From assembly GCA_044220955.1 (NCBI GenBank), contig JBGAQA010000041.1, positions 1 through 54,809 of the forward strand: a stretch of 54,809 nt of DNA, written 5' to 3'. The position numbers were made by a program, and so were the translations under genes. The notes beneath the pieces are model-generated. The model was not told where the DNA came from, did not search any database, and saw nothing but the letters and a program-made list of their open reading frames with translations. Numbering within the stretch: position 1 is the first letter of the stretch; each line of letters starts with the position of its first letter. Below, piece after piece: positions 1 through 8,644 of this stretch. The stretch comes from Sandaracinaceae bacterium. GTDB lineage: Bacteria; Myxococcota_A; Polyangia; Polyangiales; Sandaracinaceae.

Positions 1-163
1 GGGGGCCAATGGTTTCTGCCCCGCGTTGGGGCCAACGACGCGGCCCCGCCGCTTCGCGTCGGCGAGGGGCGCCCCCCTCGCGCTCCCCGATCTCGACTCG
101 GTAACCCTGTGCCGATTGACCTCCACGCCGATCGCTGGCCTCATCGTCCTGGACGCGGAGGTC

Positions 164-179
164 TGGCATGCGCTCTGCT
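164..179 (+). promoter_or_regulatory. sigma54 (-24/-12) promoter of the RHS toxin gene
   Basis: TGGCATGCGCTCTGCT: GG 165-166, 10 nt, GC 177-178; close to consensus TGGCAC-N5-TTGCW; 77 nt upstream of GTG 256. Confidence 0.65.
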
Positions 180-201
180 CGTTCGTTCGTTCGTTCGTTC
201 G
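179..201 (+). repeat. (TCGT)n tetranucleotide microsatellite, ~5.75 units
   Basis: tcgttcgttcgttcgttcgttcg read directly, immediately after the -12 element. Confidence 0.9.
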
Positions 202-255
202 AAGAAGCCCCCGACCGCGCTTGCTGCGAGCGTCGCCTCGCGTCGCGGTGGTCCC

Positions 256-3200
256 GTGAGCGTCGTTCGCCGAGCCTTCCCGTTCGCGCTCGCGACCCTC
301 ATCGCGTGTGCGGGTGAGCTCCCCGAGATCGCGGGCACGGCGGCGAATCTGGACGGGTTGCCGGAGGACTGGCTCACGAACGCCGTGGTCGCGCCCGAGG
401 GCCACCCCGGCTGGACGTCGGGAGTCCTCGAGGTGACGGCCGATGGCGCCGCGACCTACGACGTGCCGATCTGGGCGCCTCCCGGTCGCGCGGGCGTGCA
501 GCCGAACCTCGCGCTGCACTACTCGAGCCGCGCCGGTGACAGCTCCCTCGGTGTGGGCTGGAGCCTCGCGGGGCTGTCCGCGATCACGCGCTGCGGGCGG
601 ACCGTTGCGATCGATGGAAGCGCGTCGCCGGTCGCCTGGGACGAGGACGTCTACTGCCTCGAGGGCCAGCGCCTCGTGCCTGCGGATCTCGGCCCCATCC
701 AGGGTCCGACCGGGAGGCTGAGGCCGCTGCAGAACGGGACCGAGTCCATCGAGATCATCGGCTCTTCGAGCGAGCCCACGGGGTTCGTCGTCCATCACGA
801 CAACGGTGTCGCGTACCACTACGGCCCGACGCTCGAGGGCGCTCCGCACGGGACGTCAGCGGGCATCCTGCGCGGCGCGCTGTGCGACCGGAACGGCGCA
901 GCGGGCACGTACGGATGGCTGCTTACGCGGGTGGAGGACCTCGCCGGAAACTTCATGACCGTCGAGTACGACGCGGTGGCTCCGTCGAGCGCGTCGCCCG
1001 TCAACGCAGTCATCGCGACCTTGAACGCGGCCGGGTGCCCGCCCGTCGAGGTGATCCCGACGCTCATGACCTACACCGGACACCAGGCGGTCGACAGCCA
1101 GGTCGTGCCCGGGCAGAGGAGCGTGCGCCTCCGGTACGAGTCCACGGGATTCCGGCAGCAGCTCCGGATGGTCAGCGGCCTGAGCCTCGCGACCACACGA
1201 TATCTCACGAGCGTCGAGAGCTACGGCCCCGATGGCCACCAGGCGAGGCGCTACGAGATCGGCAGCCCCGTCGGCGGTCCGACCGATCGCCGCACGATCA
1301 CCACCGTCCGCGAGTGCGCGGACGCCGTGTGCCGCGAGGCGCTGGAGTTCACGTACTCGACGTCGCGCTTCGCGAGCGGCGACATCGACCTGAACGCGAG
1401 CATCGCCACACAGGCCGCGGGGCTCGGCTACGTCGATGCCTACACGCAGACGAACTGGCCTGGCAATCAGGTCGCGCACGCCGACATCGACGGCAACGGC
1501 TCCGAGGAGATCCTCGTCCCCGGCAGCGCGCTGCTCCCGAGCTCGCCTAGCTGGATCGCGCTTCGCTACGAGCCGGCGCCGAGCCCGGCGCTGGTGCCGG
1601 ACTCGATCGACGTCCCCGCTGCGCGCTCTCTGATCCCGCTCGACGTCGATGCGGACGGCAGGCCGGAGATGCTCACTGCGGACACGTCCGGCGTCTCCAC
1701 GCTCTCGCTCGCGCGAGTCGGGGCGATCTCCGACACGATTCCGCGCTTCCGGCGCCGGTACCACGCATCGCCGGCCGGGGCCGCCTCGTCTCTCTGCCCC
1801 GCGGGCCAGGCGATGACGCTCGGGACGGTCGACCTGCAAGCGCTCGGGTTTCCGACCGTGCTGCGGCAGTGCGCGGCCCACACACCGGTCATCGGCTCGC
1901 CCGCCCTGCTCAGGCGCTCGCTCACGTGGTTCGCCGGTCTCTCGGGCGTGCCCATCGCGAACGAAGCGGACGCGATCGTCCCGGTCGACGACGCACTGCC
2001 GTCGCCTCTCGTGGCGTTCAACACGATCAGCCTCCGCGGCGATGGCCGCACGAGCACGCTCTATCAGCACCGGGTCGACACGATCAGTCCAGCATCCTCG
2101 ACCTCGTCCATCGTCGAGCTCGGCGCGGACCTCGTGCCGACCAACCTCGATCCCGCCGGGAGCTGGGTCTTCCTCGACGTCAACGGCGACGGCCTCACCG
2201 ACGCGCTCGACATCCAGAATGCGAGCCACGATCCCGCGGCGCGCTGGTCGCTGCGCCTCAACATGGGCGGCTACTTCGGCCCCGCAGTCGCCGCACTGCC
2301 GGTCGCATCGAGACCCGCCGAGTACGGCTACGTCATTCCTGCAGCCGTCCGGGTGGCCGACTTCGACGCGGACGGGTTCGCCGATCTCGGAGTCATCCTT
2401 CATCAGCGCACCTTCACGGGCGACACGCCTCCGCTCGACACGCTGGACGTGTACCGATGGACCGGCGCGGGCTACGCCCTGCTCGCCTCGCGACTGCCCG
2501 GCGGCTTCGCCGCGTTCAGCCGGCCGAACACGGGCTTCATCGGCGCGCTCCCCGAGCCGATCTCCTGGCCGCTGACGGAGGTGCTTGATGCCGACGGCGA
2601 CGGCGTCGCCGAGCTGATGTACGCGGTGCCGCGCGACCACTCGCTCCACCTCCGCCGGGTGTTCGAGGGTCGTCCCGGTCTGCTCGTGCGGGTGGAACGG
2701 TCGGGCCGTCAGCAAGTAGCGGTCACGTACGCGACGGCTCGCACCGCGCAAGGATCGTGCGCCCCGCTGAGCGACTCCGTGGCGTGCGGCGCGTCCGCGC
2801 TCGCGGTCGCGACGCACACGGACGAGCGCGGACTTCCCTATCGACACGAGTACGCGGGACCGCGCTTCGACGTCGCCGGCGGCGGGTGGCTCGGCTTCCT
2901 CCGGCACACCGTCATCGAGCCCTCGGCGTCGCCCTCCGAGGTTCGACGGACCGATACCTTCTACGAGGCGCCGGAGGACGATCTCGGTCCGGGGCCCGCG
3001 ACCGACGCTCGCCTCGGGAGGCGCTACGTCCGTGCGCGCCGCCCTCGCGCGGTGATCCAGACCACCGGCACGATCGGGCGCGGCGGCACCGTCGACGTGA
3101 GCGCGCGCTTCATCGAGTACTCGGTCGCGCCGGGGCCTTATCCGATCGCCCAGATCAGCGCGGTCCACGTCCGGCACTGGACCGACGTGCCGGGCTGGTC

Positions 3201-6200
3201 ACCGCCCGCCGTGGGCGATGCCGCGTACCTCACGGCGGACGATCCGCGCTCGCCGAATGCGGTGTACCTGAGCGGCTCGGCCGATCGGACGTTCCAGTAC
3301 GCGAGCTACGGCTTCGGTGTTCCGAGCGGGCCGGAGGCGGTCCGCGAGGTGACGGACGGCGTGGGCACGGTCACCGTCGGCATCGAGGCGTTCATGGACG
3401 TGGACCACTGGCTGCCCGCCGTGGTCACGCGCGCGAGCCTGACGAGCGAGACGCCCGACCACTTCTTCGAGACACGCACGACCGCGTTCGAGTGGGGCTA
3501 CGACGATCGTGCGAGGTGTCCCGCATCCTTGCGCGCGACCACGCGAGAGCCCGAGCCCGACGACGACAGCACCTACTACCAGCGTACCGAGCTGGGCCGC
3601 GACGAGTACTGCATGGTCACCTCGTCGAGGACGAGCGAGCTGACCGGCGCCGCGCCGCAGGAGAGCACCGTCGAGTACGACGAGGAGCGCCTCTTCCCCA
3701 GGCACCTCACGAGCGTGGCGGACGACGACACGCTGCTGGAGCACCTCGTCGGCGTCGAGCCGACGCTGGGCGTCCCGGTCATCACGGTCGACGCCAACGG
3801 CATCGCGACGCGCACCAGGTACGACGCGCTGGGCCGCGTGCGCAGCTCGGAAGGGCACGGACACAGGGTCGATATCGACTACCTCGGGATGACCAGCGGC
3901 GAGAGCGGCGACCGGATGGACATCCGCCGCATCCCGCGTGGAGGTGCGGAGGATCACACCTTCATCGACCAGTTCGGCCGCTCGCTCTCGCACACCGTGC
4001 GGGGCTTCGACGGCGTGATGGTGGCTGCCGCGAGCTACGATCCGCTCGGTCGCGTCAGCGGCGTCGCGGCGCCCTACTACGTCGGGCAGCGGCCCGGGGT
4101 GTCGCACTCCTTCACCTACGACGCGCTCGATCGCATCACGCGCGTCGACTTCAGCGATCACGGGCCGCCGATCCAGGTGAGGTACAAGGGCAACGTCGCC
4201 ATCTACACGGATCGGCGCGGGCACGTGTCGTTCACGCAGTCGGACGGCGCGGGCCGGCTGCTGATGACGGTGGACGGCGCGGCGGACTCCGCATCCCACG
4301 CGACGTTCGTGAAGTACACGTACGGGCCGTTCAGCAACATCCGCGAGATGCGAGACCAGTCGGGCTTCCTGTGGACGTGGCGGCACGATCGGTACGGCCG
4401 ACGGAGGCGCTCGCACGACCCCGACTCCGGCGACCGGTTCTACGGGTACGACGGCTTCGATCGGCTGGTCGAGGAGCTCGAGTCGGACGGCGGGCCGCGT
4501 CGCACGGCGTACCACTACGACCAGGTCTCGCGCGTGACGTCGATCGAGAGCGGCAACGACGGCGACACCGCGATGGTGTGGGACGACCCCGACGTCGGCC
4601 TGGGCCTGCTCGCGCGCACGGAGCGCGCGGGCAACGCCGAGCTCGATCGCGACGCGGTGGTCCGCAGCTACCTCTACGACGAGCTGGGGCGTCTCTCGAC
4701 CGAGACGACGACGGTGAACGAGGCCGAGACCTACCTGCTCGGCTATCGCTACGACGACGCGGGTCGGCTCGGCTCGATCACCTACCCCGGCGCGAGCGGC
4801 GGGCCCGGCCGCGAGATCACGTACGCGTACGAGACGTACTCGGGCATGGTGGAGGAGGTGCGCGAGGGCGAGCGGAGCCTGTGGACCGCGGAGGCGTACG
4901 ACGGGCAGGGCAGGCTGACGGCGGAGACGCTCGGAAACGGGACGCACACGTTCTACACGTACGGCGACGCGCACCAGGTCCCGTGGCTCGAGGACGTGCA
5001 GACGGTCGACGCGAGCGGGCGGCCGCTGATGGAGGTGGCCTACGACCACGACGAGGGCGGCAACGTCGTGTCGCGCGTGCACACGCTCGACCGGCCGGCG
5101 CGCGGCGCGGCGACGCGCTTCGACGAGCGCTACACGTACGACTCGCTCTCGCGCGTGCGGACACACCGCACGATCGGACGGCCGACCGAGTCCTTCGTGT
5201 ACGACGACCTCGGGAACCTCACCTACAACGCGGGGCAGACGCAGACGTACTCGCCGAGCGCGCCGCACCAGCTCGCCACCGCAGCCGGCACGACCGCCGT
5301 TCACGACGAGCGCGGACGGATGGAGATCGGCCCCGGCTTCACCGCGACGTACACGGACTTCGATCTGCCGCAGACGATGACGTCGACCGCGGCCGGCGGG
5401 ACGAGCGCCTCGTTCAGCTACGACGCGATGGGCGAGCGCGTGGTGAAGAACGAGCCGGGCGTCGCGCGCACGACGTACGTGCACGGCCTCTTCGAGCGAC
5501 GTCAGGTCGGCAACGCCGCGACCGACACCGTGAACGTCAGCGTGGGCGGCAGGGTGATCGCGCAGATCACGACCGCTCCGAGCGGTACGACGACGACGAG
5601 GTACGTGCACACCGACGGGCTCGGCTCGCCCACCGCCGTGACCGACGAGGGCGGCCTCGTGAGCGAGCGCTACCGCTACGGCGTGTTCGGCGCGCGCACG
5701 AGGGTCACGGCCAACGGCGCCCCGGTCGCGGAGTCGGCGCCCGCGGAGCGCGACGGCTTTACGAGCCACGGCGTCGACCCCGAGCTCGGCGCGATCGACA
5801 TGGGCGGCAGGATCTACCTCCCGTCCGTCGGCCGCTTCGCGACCCCGGACCCGCTCGTCGGCCAGCACAACCGCCAGGCCTGGAACAGCTACAGCTACGT
5901 CCTCAACAACCCCCTCACGTACACGGACCCGACGGGCCTGCAGTACGTCGACGACCTCTCGCACCCGGAGGATCTCTGGAACGCGGCGTGGGCGACCGCG
6001 GCCAGCTTCGTCGCCGGCTTGTGGGGCGGGGGAAGCAGCGGCTCGACGCAGGCGACGTCCGACCCGATGTCGGCCCGGACCGGCGGCGGAACCGGCCCAT
6101 CGACGGCGGCCCCGGTCGAGCCGCGGGCACCGAGCCCGGTCCCCATCACGCTCGACTCCGGCGGCTCCGGAAGCACCCTCCAGGGCGCGGACGCCGCGAT

Positions 6201-6933
6201 GCGATCGCCAGCGACCCAGGTCGCCGCCGTCCATCGCGAGGAGCGGCACGCGGCGGACTCCTTCGCCGACGGCGTGCTCGACGTCATCTCCGTGCCCGCT
6301 CAGAGCCCGGAGGAGGTCGTCCAGCGACTGCTCCACGCGGCGGTACCCGCGCTCGGTCCGATCGAGCAGGCGTACGCGGACTACCGAGACCCAGCCGCAG
6401 CAGAGGCGCGCGCGGACCAGCACCTCGTGAGAGCGGGCGTGATGGTCGACGCGATCGCAGCCGGCGACGTCGGGAACCCGACGCTGGTGAACACGGCCGC
6501 CGAGCTGCTGGGCACGGGCACCGTGATGGTCCTGACCGCGGCCCTCGGAGGCGCAGGTGGAGTCGAGGGAGAGCTCGCGGCCGCTGAAGGCGGGACGGCG
6601 GCGCGAGTCGGGGCGCTCCGCGACGCGATTCCGGCGGGCAGCCGTGGACGGATCACCATCGGCGTCGGCGTTGCGGAGGATGCAAGCGGGACTCGTCGGG
6701 TGCTCGTGGGCACCAGCGAGCCGCGAGGCTATCTGCGACCAGGCGTGACACTCGCGCCCGGCGAGACTCTTGCTCCCGGTCTGGGCCATGCCGAGATGGA
6801 CATCGTGACCTACGCAGACCAGAACGGACTCCGGCTTCTCGAGGTGGGCGCGACCCGACCCATTTGTCCGGCGTGTGCCGCTGCGATCGAGGCGGCCGGA
6901 GCAAGAGCGATTACTCCATTGAAGGTGCCGTGA
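256..6933 (+). CDS. Lipoprotein SpvB/FG-GAP/YD-RHS polymorphic toxin with C-terminal zinc-dependent deaminase-like domain
   Basis: GTG 256 gives signal peptide with lipobox LIAC (Cys codon 307). SpvB-like motif GAATYDVPIWAPPGRAGVQPNLALHYSS...LGVGWSL. FG-GAP-type DIDGNG/DVNGDG/DFDADG motifs and many YD repeats. RHS core end PDPL...SYVLNNPLTYTDPTG (to 5937). Tip has HAE (6787-6795) and PICPAC (Cys 6865, 6874). Confidence 0.9.
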   Translation: MSVVRRAFPFALATLIACAGELPEIAGTAANLDGLPEDWLTNAVVAPEGHPGWTSGVLEVTADGAATYDVPIWAPPGRAGVQPNLALHYSSRAGDSSLGVGWSLAGLSAITRCGRTVAIDGSASPVAWDEDVYCLEGQRLVPADLGPIQGPTGRLRPLQNGTESIEIIGSSSEPTGFVVHHDNGVAYHYGPTLEGAPHGTSAGILRGALCDRNGAAGTYGWLLTRVEDLAGNFMTVEYDAVAPSSASPVNAVIATLNAAGCPPVEVIPTLMTYTGHQAVDSQVVPGQRSVRLRYESTGFRQQLRMVSGLSLATTRYLTSVESYGPDGHQARRYEIGSPVGGPTDRRTITTVRECADAVCREALEFTYSTSRFASGDIDLNASIATQAAGLGYVDAYTQTNWPGNQVAHADIDGNGSEEILVPGSALLPSSPSWIALRYEPAPSPALVPDSIDVPAARSLIPLDVDADGRPEMLTADTSGVSTLSLARVGAISDTIPRFRRRYHASPAGAASSLCPAGQAMTLGTVDLQALGFPTVLRQCAAHTPVIGSPALLRRSLTWFAGLSGVPIANEADAIVPVDDALPSPLVAFNTISLRGDGRTSTLYQHRVDTISPASSTSSIVELGADLVPTNLDPAGSWVFLDVNGDGLTDALDIQNASHDPAARWSLRLNMGGYFGPAVAALPVASRPAEYGYVIPAAVRVADFDADGFADLGVILHQRTFTGDTPPLDTLDVYRWTGAGYALLASRLPGGFAAFSRPNTGFIGALPEPISWPLTEVLDADGDGVAELMYAVPRDHSLHLRRVFEGRPGLLVRVERSGRQQVAVTYATARTAQGSCAPLSDSVACGASALAVATHTDERGLPYRHEYAGPRFDVAGGGWLGFLRHTVIEPSASPSEVRRTDTFYEAPEDDLGPGPATDARLGRRYVRARRPRAVIQTTGTIGRGGTVDVSARFIEYSVAPGPYPIAQISAVHVRHWTDVPGWSPPAVGDAAYLTADDPRSPNAVYLSGSADRTFQYASYGFGVPSGPEAVREVTDGVGTVTVGIEAFMDVDHWLPAVVTRASLTSETPDHFFETRTTAFEWGYDDRARCPASLRATTREPEPDDDSTYYQRTELGRDEYCMVTSSRTSELTGAAPQESTVEYDEERLFPRHLTSVADDDTLLEHLVGVEPTLGVPVITVDANGIATRTRYDALGRVRSSEGHGHRVDIDYLGMTSGESGDRMDIRRIPRGGAEDHTFIDQFGRSLSHTVRGFDGVMVAAASYDPLGRVSGVAAPYYVGQRPGVSHSFTYDALDRITRVDFSDHGPPIQVRYKGNVAIYTDRRGHVSFTQSDGAGRLLMTVDGAADSASHATFVKYTYGPFSNIREMRDQSGFLWTWRHDRYGRRRRSHDPDSGDRFYGYDGFDRLVEELESDGGPRRTAYHYDQVSRVTSIESGNDGDTAMVWDDPDVGLGLLARTERAGNAELDRDAVVRSYLYDELGRLSTETTTVNEAETYLLGYRYDDAGRLGSITYPGASGGPGREITYAYETYSGMVEEVREGERSLWTAEAYDGQGRLTAETLGNGTHTFYTYGDAHQVPWLEDVQTVDASGRPLMEVAYDHDEGGNVVSRVHTLDRPARGAATRFDERYTYDSLSRVRTHRTIGRPTESFVYDDLGNLTYNAGQTQTYSPSAPHQLATAAGTTAVHDERGRMEIGPGFTATYTDFDLPQTMTSTAAGGTSASFSYDAMGERVVKNEPGVARTTYVHGLFERRQVGNAATDTVNVSVGGRVIAQITTAPSGTTTTRYVHTDGLGSPTAVTDEGGLVSERYRYGVFGARTRVTANGAPVAESAPAERDGFTSHGVDPELGAIDMGGRIYLPSVGRFATPDPLVGQHNRQAWNSYSYVLNNPLTYTDPTGLQYVDDLSHPEDLWNAAWATAASFVAGLWGGGSSGSTQATSDPMSARTGGGTGPSTAAPVEPRAPSPVPITLDSGGSGSTLQGADAAMRSPATQVAAVHREERHAADSFADGVLDVISVPAQSPEEVVQRLLHAAVPALGPIEQAYADYRDPAAAEARADQHLVRAGVMVDAIAAGDVGNPTLVNTAAELLGTGTVMVLTAALGGAGGVEGELAAAEGGTAARVGALRDAIPAGSRGRITIGVGVAEDASGTRRVLVGTSEPRGYLRPGVTLAPGETLAPGLGHAEMDIVTYADQNGLRLLEVGATRPICPACAAAIEAAGARAITPLKVP

Positions 6934-7364
6934 TGGAGCGGTTCCGGCTCGATGCCGTGGCGCCGATTGTCGGCGAGCGTTTTCGAAGGGCCGCTTCAAG
7001 CAAGCGTCGTCAGGCCGTGTACGTCGCCTGCGAAGGCGCCGTCGCTGCGGTCTCTCTCGCCGAACCCGAAGTCAGCGCCGCTCTCGCCATCCTTCGCGGA
7101 GCCGCCACCACCGACGTCACGCTTCTTCGCAGCCGGCTGGAGAGCCTTTCTGCCGGCTTCGACGACGAGTACTTCCGCCTGGAGGAAGACGGCGGAGCGT
7201 CTCAGAGACTGCGGGCCCTCCACTGCTTCTCGAAGGCCCGGGCAGCGTCTGCTCTGGCCTTCGCGCTCGATGACAGCAAGCTCCACGAGGCGATATACGA
7301 ATCGATTTCCGCACTCGAGGATCCGGCCGCGCTGGTGCGCCTGGTCGAACGCACCCTTGAGTAG
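6933..7364 (+). CDS. Candidate cognate immunity protein (143 aa, helical)
   Basis: ATG overlaps the toxin stop (TGATG); small gene directly after an RHS tip; shares the less GC-biased codon usage of the tip. Confidence 0.75.
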   Translation: MERFRLDAVAPIVGERFRRAASSKRRQAVYVACEGAVAAVSLAEPEVSAALAILRGAATTDVTLLRSRLESLSAGFDDEYFRLEEDGGASQRLRALHCFSKARAASALAFALDDSKLHEAIYESISALEDPAALVRLVERTLE

Positions 7365-7457
7365 CGGGTCGTTAGCCGCTGTGGACGCGTTTGCCGTCGA
7401 CCTGGCGTTCGCACCGCCAGCCGGGCGATCTCCGGGCGAACCGCTTGCCGACGGGCC

Positions 7458-7958
7458 GTGGACCGCCGAGGCGTACGACGGGCATGGCCGGCTGACGGCG
7501 GAGACGCTCGGGAACGGGACGCACACGTTCTACACGTACGGCGACGCGCACCAGGTGCCCTGGCTCGAGGACGTGCAGACGGTCGACGCGAGCGGGCGGC
7601 CGCTGATGGAGGTGGCCTACGACCACGACCAGGGCGGCAACGTCGTCTCGCGCGTGCTCACGCTCGACCGGCCGGCGCGCGGCGCGGCGACGCGCTTCGA
7701 CGAGCCCGGGTGGCACCGGGGTCACGAACGCCGCGGCCGGCACGACCGCCGTTCACGACGAGCGCGGGCGGATGGAGATCGGCCCCGGCTTCACCGCGAC
7801 GTACACGGACTTCGATCTGCCGCAGACGATGACGTCGACCGCGGCCGGCGGGACGAGCGCCTCGTTCAGCTACGACGCGATGGGCGAGCGCGTGGTGAAG
7901 GACGAGCCGGGCGTCGCGCGCACGACGTACGTGCACGGCCTCTTCGAGCGACGTCAGG
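7458..7958 (+). pseudogene. Degraded partial duplicate of the RHS core, no toxin tip
   Basis: 7458-7705 matches 4881-5128 and 7731-7958 matches 5279-5506, with scattered substitutions; 150 bp (5129-5278) replaced by 25 nt, causing a frameshift. Confidence 0.9.
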
Positions 7959-8254
7959 CGAAGCGTTCATCGAGCCCGTGAGGGCCTGGGAGCCGGGGCG
8001 GCGCCTGGCCTTCGACGTCGTGGACCGGCCTCGACGCGTCGCTCCGCTCGGTCCGGGGCGAGCTCCGGCTCGTCCCGCTGCCGGACGGCGGCACGCGCCT
8101 CGAGGGGTCCACCTGGTACACGCTCTCCCTCCGCCCCGAGCCCTACTTCCGCGTCCGGTCGGACGCCGTGATCCACCGCGTGCACCTGCGCGTGCTCGAC
8201 CACGTCCGGCACCTGGCCGAAGCCGGACCGGCCGCCTCCGCTCGCGGCGATTGA
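7959..8254 (+). pseudogene. 3' remnant of an SRPBCC/START-like membrane-associated protein gene
   Basis: AFIEPVRAWEPGRRLAFDVVDRP, then a frame change to LDASLRSVRGELRLVPLPDGGTRLEGSTWY...SDAVIHRVHLRVLDHVRHLAE, stop 8252-8254; no start; fused to the RHS fragment. Confidence 0.6.
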
Positions 8255-8293
8255 CCCCGCGCGCCCTCGCGCGTTAGCGTCCTGTCGCACCCG

Positions 8294-8644
8294 GTGGCCG
8301 TGCTGAACGCCCTGCTTCGCGCACTCTGCTTCCTCTTCCTCGCCTCCGCCGCCGCGGGGTGCGGGCCCGTCTGGTACACGGCCGAGATCATCTCCGCGGG
8401 CTCCATCGTGTCCGAGGCGGAGCACGCCGACGCGACCGAGCACGCGCCCTACGAGTACTGGATCGCGCGCGAGTACTACAACAAGGCCCAGGAAGAGGCG
8501 GGCGGCGGCAGCTACGAGGACGCCGTCCACTACGCGCAGGAGGCCCACCGTTACGCGACCGAGGCGCGCGACCACGCACGCGCGCGCATGCGCGACGACC
8601 TCGCCTCCGGCCGCGCCGGGACGCGTCACGGAGACGACGACTGA
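8294..8644 (+). CDS. DUF4398-family lipoprotein
   Basis: Lipobox AAGC; A..HAPYEY..AREY..KA.EEA motif; coupled to the OmpA gene. Confidence 0.8.
   Translation: MAVLNALLRALCFLFLASAAAGCGPVWYTAEIISAGSIVSEAEHADATEHAPYEYWIAREYYNKAQEEAGGGSYEDAVHYAQEAHRYATEARDHARARMRDDLASGRAGTRHGDDD

Noticed and set aside
109..255. ORF-track start of the RHS protein at 109
   Set aside because: The extension crosses the sigma54 motif and the microsatellite and would bury the lipoprotein signal; GTG 256 fits better.
856..6999. Very long antisense and alternate-frame ORFs (773, 1266, 1276 aa) and similar ones across the window
   Set aside because: Arg/Ala/Pro-rich shadow ORFs, expected in high-GC DNA with strong codon bias; no motifs.
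6952..8277. 441-aa ORF as a second RHS gene
   Set aside because: It is a chimera of off-frame immunity sequence, RHS duplicate and gene remnant.
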